A stretch of 44,803 nucleotides of DNA from Nemertoderma westbladi (GCA_032718475.1 JAUCBJ010001103.1:1-44803), one strand, 5' to 3'; positions 1 through 12,921 are shown, numbered from the stretch's first letter. The notes: generated from the sequence alone by a model not told the origin. Program-made: numbers and translations.

Positions 1-877
1 AATCGGTACCACATCGGACCAAATCGGTACCACATTGGACCAAATCGGTACCACATCGGATCAAATGGGTACCATATCGGACCATATGGGTACCACATCG
101 GACCAAATGGGTACCACATTGGACCAAATGGGTACCACATCAGACCCAATCGGTACCAAATCGGACCAAATCGGTATCACATCGGACCTTATGGGTACCA
201 CATCGGACCCAATCGGTACCAAATCGGACCCAATCGGTACCACATCGGACCAAATCGGTACCACATTGGACCAAATCGGTACCACATCGGACCTTATGGG
301 TACCACATCGGACCCAATCGGTACCACATCGGACCCAATCGGTACCACATCGGTACGACATTGGAACAAATCGGCACCACATCGGACCCAATCGGTACCA
401 AATCGGACCAAATCGGTATCACATCGGACCTTATGGGTACCACATCGGACCCAATCGGTACCACATCGGACCCAATTGGCACCACATCGGACCCAATCGG
501 TACCAAATCGGTATCACATCGGACCTTATGGGTACCACATCGGACCCAATCGGTACCACATCGGACCCAATCGGTACCACATCAGTACCACATCGGACCA
601 AATCGGTACCACATTGGACCAAATCGGTACCACATCGGTACCACATTGGACCAAATCGGTACCACATCGGACCTTATGGGTACCACATCGGACCCAATCG
701 GTACCACATCGGACCCAATCGGTACCACATCGGTACGACATTGGAACAAATCGGCACCACATCGGACCCAATCGGACCAAATCGGTATCACATCGGACCT
801 TATGGGTACCGGGCATCGGACCCAATCGGTACCACATCGGACCCAATCGGTACCACATCGGACCACATCGGGGCCAC
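1..877. repeat. Tandem satellite, ~21-bp unit (AATCGGTACCACATCGGACCC/A and variants), truncated by the window start
   Basis: Unit directly visible many times, with recurring variants (CTTATGGGTACC, CGACATTGGAACAAATCGGC) forming higher-order blocks. Confidence 0.95.
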
Positions 878-1377
878 TGCAACCTGCTCCTTTCCCTAAA
901 TTGAGAATATAACATTGAGGCGGGATATTAATTCGCCAAGATGGGATTTGCGTCCAGTCCCCCCCCCCCCCCCCCCCCCCGTTTCAAATTATTTCAAACA
1001 ATGCATTTGATAACGTTTTCTCTTTCAAACTTCTTGCCTTCCCTTCCGCAGACTGGAGAACTGAAGATTGTCTCTAGTGCATGTGTTATATATCAGTCAG
1101 TCAGTATATAGTACAGTATAGTATAGTATAATTATACAAATACAATAACTGCCAAGCTCATTGTGTATACCTGCAGACGGGTACAGTACTGTATAAGTAG
1201 GGGCAATAGTCTCTGCATTAGATATTGTAGTATCTAGTACCTACTGCAGTGCAGTACCGGTTACCAGCCTGACATGTTGTCAGAAAGACTAACAATTACT
1301 GAATTACTGATACGAGTTTGGTCAGTTGGCTGGTTGGTGCTGGAACTTGTTATTTACATCCTAAATTGCTATTTTAT

Positions 1378-1482
1378 GGCCGATGTGGCTCCGATGTGGC
1401 CCCGATGTGGTCCGATGTGGCCCCGATGTGGTCCGATGTGGTCCGATTTGGTCCGATGTGGTACCGATTGGGTCCGATGTGG
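1378..1482 (-). repeat. Short inverted block of the same 21-bp satellite
   Basis: GATGTGGTCCGATTTGGTCCGATGTGGTACCGATTGGGTCCGATGTGG is the reverse complement of the units at 1-877. Confidence 0.9.
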
Positions 1483-1973
1483 CTTTTAGACGGACCCAAA
1501 TTTAGCTTTGTTTTCTATGGAGAAATTTCACTCTGAGAGAATTTTCCGCGGACACATTCTGGCTGTAAATTTTCCAAATTGTGACCAGTATTGGTCCTGA
1601 CTGTAATAATAGTAGGCCTATAGCATAGCAGCATAGGGCAGTCTGGCAGTTGTAGGTTTGCTGGATGGACAGATGGAGGACCCCAAACTGCCAAACAGGA
1701 ATGAGCCGACTATCAGACTATTATTAATATAATTAAATCAATTTCAGCATTTACAGGCTCTGAAGACAGGAAGACTTCAAATTTTCAAAATTACTTAATC
1801 TGTAATCTGGCAGTCTGGTAATCGTACACATTTCAGCATTTAACAATTAGGCCTAAAGCACAAGTCCCTAAAAGGTGCCACCCTGCTCCATAGCGCGGGA
1901 AATTTAAATGATTGAAAGACGTGTAATTTGGGGTCTTACTAAATACTACTGTACTACAAAAAGCACAAAACAA

Positions 1974-3624
1974 GGGCTATCTTTTGCGTAGAGGTATAGC
2001 CTACATAGAGGCTTCATGTAGGTATGTGTAGCCTACATGTAGATGCACGTGTAGGGTGAATGTAGGTAGGTGTAGTCCCATAGATATTAATGTAATTTAT
2101 GTGTCAACTTGCAGTAACGTGATACACGGTCGTCAATCAGGATGTATGGCAATAATCTCTGATCTCCACGGTACAATACGGTACATCAACCTGCAGACCT
2201 GTCTGCTGTCAGACAACAGGTTTTACTGCATACTGCAGTACTGTATAAATATCAAACATCGCGTTCTGATTATACTAAAGTCCCTTACTCGTCATAAATA
2301 TTATGCCCTAATAAATTTGAGTATGCTAACGCCACGAAAGGCATCGTTCCATTAGATTAACTCGTTCTGATTTATATGTTTATTAAGTAAGAGTAACCTA
2401 AACAAGAACAGCCATCATCGCGGGGACTATAGTCTACCAGAAACCCTGACCCCCATCTGCCCCTCTTTATCTGTTTATCAACCATACATCCATGGGACTT
2501 GAACAGTACTTCAGCATTGAAATGTTTTGGACGTTTTGTTTTGAAAGTAAAAATATAGAAGTCTGGAAGTTTTGTTTGTTTTAATTTTTCAGGCAGTCAC
2601 ATTCCACCAACCAGCAACAGTCCCATCCCTTCCCACTATCCCGCGGACCACCACACTGTTTCATTATAAAGTATTCCCATCTCGATGATGGGAATTAATC
2701 AGTAATCCGATGGGATTCAAATCCCATCTCGAAGTAACAGCAAAACAATAACACGAAAGTCAATAGCTTTACAGTTATATTTGATTGCATTGAAAGTTAA
2801 TAGAAAGAAGAAGTTAAATTGCATATCCATTAAAATATCATGAAATTGATACGGCAGTTTAGTAGATTAAAACGGCCACAGCAAGATTTATAAAATGAAA
2901 AATAAGTAAAATCAGCACAGCACACAATATTATCAATATAGACATTGAAGACAATTTAATAAACAAATACTATAAAAAAATATCTACTAACAATCAATAC
3001 ATGATATATATAATATATATACATCAGCGACTACCATCGCCACTCTGGTTCAATCAATCAGTCCGGTATCATTGTTAGCGTTTTGTTGAATTACCCACTC
3101 ATCCTCAGACCCTCATGGACACCGACGACGAGCTCTAACCCTAACCGTTAGTCGATTCCTCCTTGACTGGAAACATCAGGTTCGGGCCGTTCGGCCCATA
3201 CAAAGTCATTAGCCTCCATGCCTGAACCCGCAGGATCATAAGATCTACAGTATGTATCGGTATATCGTTCAGTCGTTTTTTCCTTTGTCAGTACTGTAGA
3301 ATTGATAGGCTCCGTCTCGTGGGTATTCAGGGGACCCCCATTCGACGTATTCGCATCTCCTCCTGGTTGTTTCGGGTACCACCGCCCGCCATATGCGCAT
3401 CTCTTCGTGGTTGTTCCGGGTACCACCCCCGTTCGCCGCATTCGCATCTCATCGAGGAAGTTCGGGTCCGGGTACCCCGTGTAGGCCTATTCATTCATCA
3501 TTGTTGTTTTTAAAGACCTACCTACACCTACCTACATTCACCCTACACGTGCATCTACATGTAGGCTACACATACCTACATGTAGCCTCTATGTAGGCTA
3601 TACCTCTACGCAAAAGTTATACCC
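1974..3624. mobile_element. Non-autonomous element with ~100-bp TIRs and 8-9-bp TSD (Mutator- or Merlin-like)
   Basis: TIRs at ~1974-2075 and ~3523-3624 with GG/CC termini. CAAAACAA(G) is duplicated at 1966-1974 and 3625-3633. It interrupts the host element's AAAAGCAC repeat tract. Confidence 0.75.
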
Positions 3625-3632
3625 CAAAACAA

Positions 3633-3748
3633 GCACAAAAAAGCACAAAAAAGTCAAGAAAAGCACAAAAAAGCACAAAAAAAGCACAAAAAAGCACAAA
3701 AAAGTAAAAAAAAAGAACAAAAAAAGTAAAAAAAAAGCACAAAAAAAC
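3633..3748. repeat. A-rich short tandem repeat (CAAAAAAGCA)n
   Basis: Directly visible. Confidence 0.8.
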
Positions 3749-4099
3749 ATTCTCACATCAAGAGAGATGGGGGGGGGGGGCGAAAATATGAGAGATATTG
3801 TTACAGACACCCCCTTCCCCCCCTGACATATAAGATAAGTACGCATGAACTCCTAAACAACATTGCAAACAATCACTGCAAACAAGTGTTACAACAGCAG
3901 TGGTTAAACCCAGGCAGGAACTGTGTTTCCAACAGACGCAGATATCGTAACCAAGGCAGTTCCGACCTAAGCGAGATTCTTGCAAGTATGACTATGACTA
4001 ATATCATCATACTTGTCCTCAGACGTTATCGATCGCCCACTCGAGCGGTTCGGGCAGACCGTGATGTGATATAATTGTACAGTATGTCGATTTATCGGT

Positions 4100-5330
4100 G
4101 AATAACTCCGCTCTCTGACTCAACTCGCTCTTGCCCTCTCCCCACACCTGAATCGCACACTTCTCTCTCGCCAACAGCTCCTTTCACTATCTCCTCTCTA
4201 CTCCCTGCCACTCTCTAAGGCCCTGACCTCTAATGCTACCCCTGTGCTATCATACTATCTACCTACTACTTACTTGCTAACTATCTAACTATCTTACTTT
4301 CTACTAACTCTCCGACTCTAACTAGCTCTACTAAGTCTAACTAACTCCTACTAACTCTCTACTTCTACTAACTCTACTTGACTCCTCTAAGTCTACCAAC
4401 TCTCTAGCCCTTTAACTAGAACTCCCTAACTCTACCCACTCTTCTAACTACGTGGCGCTTGCGGTGCCCACAACCACTCTACTATCTGGCACCCTATGTG
4501 CCCTTCTACTATTCTACTCTCTGGCACCCTATGTGCCCTCCCTACTACCTCTAACACCCTAACTCTACTACATGGCACCCTATGTGCCTGTCTCTACTAT
4601 TCTACTCTCTGGCACCCTATGTGCCCTCTCTGCTACCTCTAACACCCTAACTCTACTACCTGGCACCCTATGTGCCCGCTCTACTACCTCTAACACTCTA
4701 TCTCTAACATACTTCCTTTACATCTACTCCCTTTACGTCTACTCGCCTACACGTGACGCTCTGAATGCCGGCAGAGTGGGTACGTTAATTATGTGAACTA
4801 CTACTAACTCTTACTAACTCTGCTAACTCTCTACTAACTCTACTACTAACTCTCTACTAACTCAACTAACTCTACTACTAACTCTTTTTGTGCCCGGCAC
4901 CTCTTGTGCCCGGCACCCACCCTAATTAACATACCCTGCTCTTACATCAAACACGTCATCACGCCCGTGCCCCACTAAGTTCAACGCATTCCCTACTAAC
5001 TCTAACTACGTGGCGCTTACGGTGCCCACAACCCTCTACTGCTCTGCTTACTACTTTCTACGTGGTGCTTACGGTGCCCACAACCCCCTACTGCTATACT
5101 CCCTACGTGGCGCTTATGGTGCCCACAACCCTCTACTGTCTACTACTTTCTCTCTAACTAACGGTACTACGTACCCTCTCACTACTCTAACTCTCTAACT
5201 AACGGTACTACGTACCCTCTTACTAACTCTAACTCCTCTAACTATACTACTACCCTCGGTACTACGTACCTCCTAACTAACTAACTAACTAACTCTCTTA
5301 CTACCTAACTTCTACCTACTTTATTATTTA
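4100..5330. repeat. CT-rich low-complexity tract with interspersed GGCACCCTATGTGCC and CGTGGCGCTTACGGTGCCCACAACC repeats (probable 3' region of the gag-bearing element)
   Basis: CTAACTCT-type low complexity plus several copies of each motif, directly downstream of the minus-strand gag. Confidence 0.65.
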
Positions 5331-5349
5331 ATTATTTTATTGTTTTTAA

Positions 5350-8300
5350 TTAAATAATTATTTTATATTTTATGCGTGGGAAGGGCGTCTCGCCCTCATT
5401 CCCACCCCCCTCAGTCCAAAACTTTGGACGACTAAAAACTCTCAGGTGCCCCTTCTTCCAGTAGGCACTCTCCCACTGCCCTCCTATACGTCCTCTAACT
5501 CTTCGCCACACTCTCTTCGATACTACCTCTGCTGGCCTCCCCCTTCGTATGTGCGCTGGCATTAAAGGCCTCGACGACCCCCGCTTGTCCCTCGGTATAC
5601 ACGACGTCTGCCCATGTAATGCCCCCTCGCACTGTGTCAGTCCTGCATGCGTATGCAACACGCCTCCTTCTACTTTCCCGACTCCTTTATGTTTGCTCAT
5701 GGGCTTCTCTGCCCCTGGTCTAGTCCTTTCACATCCTCTCCCTTTCCAACACTCTCCGGATCTGTGTCCTTTTACCACACATCGATGACATAGTCCGTTT
5801 GCGTCTGTGTAGGCTACACGATCTCGTTTGGGCAACGCTTGCCAGTACTTGCAACTCCTGGTCTTATGGGTTCCGTCCCGATGTAATTGACATTCGAATC
5901 CTGGATTATAGCGTTTCCTGTATAGTCCTTCACGTATCGCGCCTAGGTTTATATGTACCGATTTAGTGTTTCGATTGTCTAGACTCGGCCTACTGGGTAT
6001 ATTGGGATTGTGTTTATTTTTGATGTTATTTTCTTCTGTCCCTGCCACGGTGTGGCCCTGCTACCAGCTAACTGTGGACTAGCAGTCCCCTGTATGGCCG
6101 CGTGTGGTAGCGACTGTCCGCACGACCTGTTCTCGTCCAGGGAGTTCGATGTTCTTGCTCCTATTGGGGTATATTGTCGATATTGTGATGGGGGAATGTC
6201 ACCCTGTCCCCCCCCCCCCCCCCCGGCCGGTATGTTTGGTACTGGGGTTGATGTTAATATATTGGGGCCCATACATCTATCTCCAATAACTCTCCCCTCC
6301 CCTGGATATATGTTATGTCCCTGTGTATTATAGTCATGCTGCTGTACCGATATAGGCCTACCCACTTCCTGCCTACCTACCGGTATGTACTCCGCGGCTT
6401 CCGGGTTTAATCCCGTCGTTCGCGCTACCCTATCGCCTACTCTATATCTCCCAGCATGGCCTATAATAGTATGTGCAGTAAGGCCCACAGTATGTCCTGC
6501 AGTCTGCATGTGCCTCTTCGAACCGAAGTTTAATCTTCGCGAATCTCGAATCTCCCGGCGACTACCGTACTCTCGATCGGCAGCTATATCCCGTCGGGAA
6601 GCTTCTCTCCGATCCCCTCTCCTGTTCTCGACTTTGCATTGGTACGTCTTGTACCCCTCTCTTGGCGTGCGGTGCGTTTCTCCGGGGCGACGGCAATCTC
6701 CCGAAGTTCGACCCCACCGACTTCCTAACTCCATCTCTACTATCGACGGTCCGCTATCCGTCCTCACACTCCTATCGTTCGTGGCGACACCTTTTCTACT
6801 ATCTCCTCTTCTTCTCTTTTCAGTGCAGTATTCCGGCTCATGAGATCTCTCGTCGACCTCCCGGTTAAACTCCACTGTTCTTCTTCCCTCTTCTGATCGG
6901 GCTCGACGCTTCGTCTGCCCTCTCGCGACGTCAACCTGCCTCTCTCTGCTCGATCGCACGCCGCTGGGGATACTTGCAATCCCCCTATTACTCTCCGTCG
7001 CCGGGTGTTGCGGTTTACCTGATTCGGCCCGCGCATTATCCGCTGACGGCTGTGGGACACTCTCTGCCCCCCCCCCCTCTCGCCACTAATCTCTCGCGGC
7101 GGCTAACTTCACTATCCCTTACTACACTTCTGCATCCCTCTTGTGGGGCATTCTCTGCCCCCCCTCTCTCGCCACTAATCTTATGTGGTGGGGCGCCGGT
7201 AGCCCCCCCCCCCCCCCCCCCCACTCGCCACATCTAACTTCACTATCTCTTACTTTGTCTCTACACCCCTCTCTAGTCGACGCACTGTCTTTACTACGGC
7301 TGGGTCTATTCACCCCCGCCTCTCTCTCTACTACTGCGTGGCCCACCAGGCCCACTTCGGGTTGGCTCAACCCTGCTACCTCCTGCCTACCAACCACGTG
7401 GCCTACCAGGCCGCCGTCGGGTTGGCTCAACCCCGCCACCTCCTGCCTACTAACTGCGTGGCCTACCAGGCCCCCGTCTGCCGGGTTATGTACGTCCGAC
7501 ACGCTCATATTAATAGCACCATTCCCAATATTATTTGTTAAATCAATTAAATTATTAGAATTTGAAACCGGATTATTATTTAAATTATTTAAGTTAGAAT
7601 TATTTGAATTATTCTGAATACTTGAACTAATATTATTATTTGAATTTAAATTTAAATTACTACTGCCAGGTAAAATATTATTTCCTGTAATAAAGGGATT
7701 AGGGTTATCTACTATGGTACTATTAATATTAACTATTTCTAACGTACTACTATTACCCCCCCCCCCCCCCCCCCGCCCGTATGGCTACACCAGTTCTGGT
7801 TCTCTCGCCCGGTGCCTGTAAGTGGGGTCTCACTCTCTGACAGTCCCGACCGCGCCAGTTCTAGTCGGCGCTTCAGTTCGGCTTGATGTTGCATAATCTC
7901 CCTTAGTAGGGCATGCAAATCATCCCGCCTGCGCTTACACTCTATCCCTCTCTCTCGCATATCCTGCTCGGCCGACTCTGCCACTCTCGCAACCATCTCA
8001 AGCCGCCTCGCCGGCTCGTTCTCTACTCTCATCTCTCGCTCTCTACACTCCTTGGCTCTCTCTCTAGACTCCTCGGCTTTCTCTCTATACTCCCTTTCCG
8101 ACTCTCCTAACTCCTCTGAGAATGCGGTTTCCTCTCTCAATTGTCTCTCTAACAGTTTCTGCTCATTCGCCACCATTTCTAATTTATACTCTAGATTTAT
8201 CTCCCGCACCCTTCTTTCTTTTGCGGAGGATGTAGCAGACTTATCGGTTGCGACGGACTCCCGTCGCCCCTCCGTCCCACCAACTTTCCCCCGCCTCCCG

Positions 8301-9043
8301 GAACTTCCTCCGACCGACGAGACCGAATCCTCGGGTTTAACCTCGGATTCGCCCTCCTCAGGTCTCTTCCAACCCACTAATTTTACTCCCCAGGCATCGA
8401 CTAAGTATGGCCCTACGTACACTGCTCTAGGCTGCATACCCCCACACTCCCATAGTTCAATCAGTTCGTTGGCAACTCCCCTCGCCCTCTCCTCGGCCAG
8501 TTCTCTCCGCCCAAAACGCATTAGGTAATCAAAGTATCTGTTCGACTCACCTAGTCCTTTTGTCAATCTCACCTTGTCTATCTTCACCCTTTTTATGGCC
8601 TCCTTAAGTAGTTTCCGGGTCGCGTTGTAGGCCCGTCGAAGTCGATCAGAAACCCCGACGTCCTCGTCGCCGACCTCTCCTCCATCTCTCCGGGTCCGAC
8701 GTCGTACCGGCGGCCCCACCGTCGCCGTTCCGGTGGGCCGTCCGTCGCCCTCGGCCTGTGGCTGGCCGGCGACATCGGCACGTCGACCGCCGCTGTGTGT
8801 CGACTCGTCTCTTTCCCCTCTCGACTCGTCTTTCCCTCCTCTCGACTCGTCCTCTGGTTGTAGACGGTCCCCCTCATCTTGGGTCGCCGGGTCGCTCTTT
8901 ATCGACGTGGCGTCGACCGGCGTCGACGCGGTCGATGTGGTATCGACCGGCGTCGTGGGTCCATACCGTCTCGTCGCGGCCTCACGGATCGTTAGATCGT
9001 CGTCCGGGGTCCGCGGCGGTGTCGTCTTTCCTTCTCTACTCAT
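5350..9043 (-). mobile_element. gag: BEL/Pao-type gag-like coding region, frame-broken, with no pol seen
   Basis: N-terminal VKPEDSVSSV motif followed by a coiled coil. C-terminal Cys/His knuckles CQLHRDGTHKTRSC...GLCHRCVVKGHRSGEC are typical of BEL/Pao Gag. Track ORFs 9043-7739, 7508-7122, 7233-7036, 6959-5979 and 6048-5350 join mainly across poly-G runs. Confidence 0.7.
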
Positions 9044-9647
9044 CTGTCTGTGTCTGGCAGTTACAGTTCGGCAGGCCTAGAGTTAGGACTGTGACGGGAT
9101 CCGAGAGGATCCCGGTTTATCCGGTGTTGTTTGTGTACGCGTCCCCGCCGTACCGTGATGGAAAAGAGTTTGTGTTGCTCCGACGTTATTGTTAATATAT
9201 GAAATACAGTATAAATAGGATGATAGCAGATAGCAGTTAATGATGGTAATGTACCGGTAATATGGTGACGGCGGCGACGGTCCTAACTGTCACCGTTCTG
9301 CCTGACTGTACTGGGATAACTGAATGAATGCTGCATCGACCAGTAATATATATTGCACAGTTTGGCCTTGTTACAGTACCTAGTCGATGCTTCCCCCCTG
9401 ATTGGCTAATATCCCTGTTGGCACCCTTTGCCCCCCTCTGAAGTGCTTCCCTTCGCCCTTGCTATTCTCTCTCTGTCAGGGGTATAGCCCCTGACCCCTA
9501 TTGTGTGTTTCTCCTTCCCACTTTGTTGGGGTGACACGAGGTTGATATTGGTAATCAACCTCGTGCTCCCAATATTGCTTAACGGCTTACTTTATGGGTT
9601 CGTGTTAGTGGAATTGGATAAGCTAACACACCCAGCCACCTATATTG

Positions 9648-10841
9648 TATATTTTGGCGGTAAATTCAAATCTGTTTTAACATTGAATACCCTACTGTCT
9701 GACTGTACATGAAGAGAGTAAGACTAAATGTAATTCATTGAATCAGAATAAATTATTTCTTATCGGTTTAACTCACTCATCCGTTATTGTTGTTGTTATA
9801 TCCATTCTGGGGCTTCGAGCAGCACGCGAACAACTAAACTGCTGGTTTCCTAGTCTGGGACTTCGAGCAGCTCGTGAACAACTAAACTGGCTGGGTTCCT
9901 ATTCTGGGACTTCGAGCAGCACGTGAACAACTAAACTGGCTGGTTTCCTAGTCTGGGACTTCGAGCAGCTCGTGAACAACTAAACTGGCTGGTTCCCTAG
10001 TCTGGGACTTCGAGCAGCACGTGAACAACTAAGCTGACTGGTTAACTAGAGTCTGGGACTTCGAGCAGCACGTAAACAACTAAGCTGACTGGTTAACTAG
10101 TCGGGGACTTCGAGCAGCACGTGAACAACTAAGCTGACTGGTTAACTAGTCTGGGACTTCGAGCAGCACGTGAATAACTAAGCTGACTGGTTAACTAGTC
10201 TGGGACTTCGAGCAGCACGTGAACAACTAAACAGAACTGTTATTACAGTTGAAGTACTGTAAGTACTACTACAGTAAGAAGTTTACAGTATGAAGTCTAC
10301 TGCTCTAGCTCCTTGACCTTTTAGTACGTACCAACGTACATTATGTAGCACACTGTGTAGAGTTTGTAATGGAAATATTGTAATTCTGTAATTTGAATCA
10401 ACCGCCAAAAATATATCAATTCACTGCATCTTTCTATCATCTATCCACTTGAAATCTACTATTAACATACTAGGTATAAGTGTATAATTGTTATGATTAT
10501 AATGTTCTATACTTTACTGGGATAGAAGTTAAGCCAAATCACCCGACCCGCCCCCCCTCCTCAATTTTCAATTTTGCTGGAAGTCCCAGACCTGTTAACG
10601 AGTTAGCTTAGTTGTTCACGTACTGCTCGAAGTCCCAGACTGGTTAACCAGTCAGCTTACTTCTTCACGTGCTGCTCGAAGCCCCAGAATAGATAAAACA
10701 ACAACAATACCGGATGAGTGAATTAAACCCATAAGAAATAATTTATTCTGATTCAATTAATTACATTAGCAGATTAGTCTTACTCTAGGCCTATTCATGT
10801 ATTCAATGTTAAAACAGATTTAAATTTACCGCAAAAATATA
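9648..10841. mobile_element. Foldback/MITE-like element with long inverted arms containing 49-bp tandem repeats
   Basis: 9648-9900 is the reverse complement of ~10578-10841. The left arm expands into ~9 units of TCTGGGACTTCGAGCAGCACGTGAACAACTAAGCTGACTGGTTAACTAG (9805-10231). Confidence 0.75.
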
Positions 10842-12446
10842 GGATCTGATCTGCCACCCTTTCTGCCTTTGGCCTTTGCAGTATAAATTACAAGTCCTTC
10901 AATCATTTGAATTTCCCGCGCTATAGAGCAGGGTGGCACCTTTTAGGGACTTGTGGCCTAAAGCTGTCAAGTTCTACTACAGTATTATTATTATTATTAT
11001 TATTATTAGCGCTCTTTAATGGTAAAAAATACAACAATGTATACAAAGAAATAAAACACGTTAGAGGGAGACCACCACTAGGCACCAGGCACTTACAGTG
11101 TAGGTTTAAAGTTCACTATACATACAGTAGATTTATGAGTATACATACAGTAGGATGTAGAATTTCGGACGATACAATGAAAACACATGTAAAAACAGCA
11201 ATAACAATTATGAGGAAAAACGGATTTATAAAAATTTTCAGAAATAAAATCATTTCAGCTACACTCACGGACGGTAAGAAATTGGGTATAAGTAAAACTA
11301 AAATTTGGACCATGGATGATATGAACAATAATTAAATTATATCAGATATCAAAGTTACAGAAAGGCATAAAATGTAAGACAGATCTGCAGGTGAAAGTAA
11401 ATTAATTCAGTAGGTACGGTAGGATAATTACGGTACCGGTACAGTTAAATTAAAAAGCCGCTCACAGATCAGACAGCTTTCAGCAACTTTTATACTGTAA
11501 TACCATGGTAATACAGTTTAATAGGGCAGGGGCCAATACACCAGCTGACCAGTACACTGAAAAGTTCCTGGGCAGCTGGGCGCTGAAATTTTACACCACC
11601 TGGTGTACAGGTGTAGTTCCTCCAAGGTATATATATGATTGTCAAATGTATTATATCTTTATTGTTGTTTATGTTGAAATGGCAAATGACTTTAGGACAG
11701 TTCATGATCATGGCTTTATGGAAAGTCTCGTACATTTATTATTATTAAAACAGTGAAATATTAAAACACCATCCAGATGCTCCAGCTCAACCAAGCAACC
11801 AAGGGTAGATCCTATATGGGATTATGGAATATTGACAAAAAGCGCGCCACACAGGTTCTGGTAAAACGAAAAGCGCGCCAGCCATTCACCAAGAAATTTT
11901 GCAATTATTAGGTACCGGGTACTGTCTGACTGTGTTATATTGTAATACATGTCATAATTTATCAGTTTATACTGCAGCAGACCTACTGTACAGTATTAAA
12001 ATATTAAAAGGCGAGCGTAGCGAGCAAAGAAATTTTACAGAAATATTAAGAGTAATACAGTATTAGTCAGATAGGTCAACCGACTGTTTTTAATTACAGT
12101 CAACAGATGTCACTAAATTGCGAGCATAGTGACAAAGAAAATTTTGATTATTGATAGTAACAATGTGTTGGCAAGCTGTTGATTCTGAAATTTGTACACT
12201 ACCCGGTTAAAAAGTACGCATGTGATGGGATTAGTCCTACAATTGCGCCAATAAAAAAAGATAAGTTATTTTCGGTAAAATAAACTTATCATTCGAGGTA
12301 AAGACCCCTAGATCCCTTCCTATAAATGTATAATAACAAACACCTCGAAAAATACAGCTTGCCAACACATTGTTACTATCAATAATCAAAAACTCAGGGG
12401 CTAATAAAATGGCAGCTGGCTTTGAAATTAATACTCCATATCTCAA

Positions 12447-12506
12447 GAACCTGTGGCCTCGTGGTTGTAGTCTCGGCTTCCACCTCGAGGTCCCAGGTTC
12501 GAATCC
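12447..12506 (+). promoter_or_regulatory. tRNA-like internal Pol III promoter (A box 12454-12464, B box 12496-12506), repeated at +412, +824 and +1236
   Basis: TGGCCT(A/C)GTGG and GGTTCGAATCC at tRNA-like spacing, with a CTTCCAC anticodon-like loop between them. Confidence 0.8.
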
Positions 12507-12509
12507 GAC

Positions 12510-12552
12510 ACCACGCTGATGAGACCCAGTAAGGTCGAAACGCGTACGTGGT
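12510..12552 (+). ncRNA. Type I hammerhead ribozyme, copy 1
   Basis: ACCACG-CTGATGA-GACC(CAGTAA)GGTC-GAAA-CGCG-TA^CGTGGT: stem I, conserved core, stem II and palindromic minimal stem III. Predicted cleavage after 12546. Confidence 0.92.
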
Positions 12553-12921
12553 TTGGAGAGATATGAGATATTAATTTCAAGAAAAATTACGCGATTCTGA
12601 AATTTGTACACTACCCGGATAAAAAGTACGCATGTGATGGGATTAGTCCTACAATTGCGCCAATAAAAAAAGATAAGTTATTTTCGGTAAAATAAACTTA
12701 TCATTCGAGGTAAAGACCCCTAGATCCCTTCCTATAAATGTATAATAACAAACACCTCGAAAAATACAGCTTGCCAACACATTGTTACTATCAATAATCA
12801 AAAACTCAGGGGCTAATAAAATGGCAGCTGGCTTTGAAATTAATACTCCATATCTCAAGAACCTGTGGCCTAGTGGTTGTAGTCTCGGCTTCCACCTCGA
12901 GGTCCCAGGTTCGAATCCGAC

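Larger units (their letters stand above)
1859..10955. mobile_element. 9.1-kb non-autonomous TIR DNA transposon (8-bp TSD; P or hAT superfamily) carrying nested insertions
   Basis: ~62-bp TIRs: CACAAGTCCCTAAAAGGTGCCACCC... at 1859-1920 and the inverted copy at 10894-10955. Identical 8-bp flanks GCCTAAAG at 1851-1858 and 10956-10963. Confidence 0.8.

Noticed and set aside
35-915. Many overlapping ORFs (up to 289 aa) on both strands
   Set aside because: By-products of a stop-poor 21-bp satellite.
3799-9540. LTR pair around the gag element
   Set aside because: Several TGT...ACA candidates and a purine tract near 3810-3825, but no shared direct repeat or TSD could be matched.
9805-10231. CRISPR-like array (also considered for 24439-24723)
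   Set aside because: Head-to-tail repeats without unique spacers, no cas genes, and a eukaryotic context.
12447-12515. Tandem tRNA-Gly(TCC) gene cluster
   Set aside because: A and B boxes are present, but the acceptor, anticodon and T stems do not close as a canonical cloverleaf. The 3' part is hammerhead stem I.
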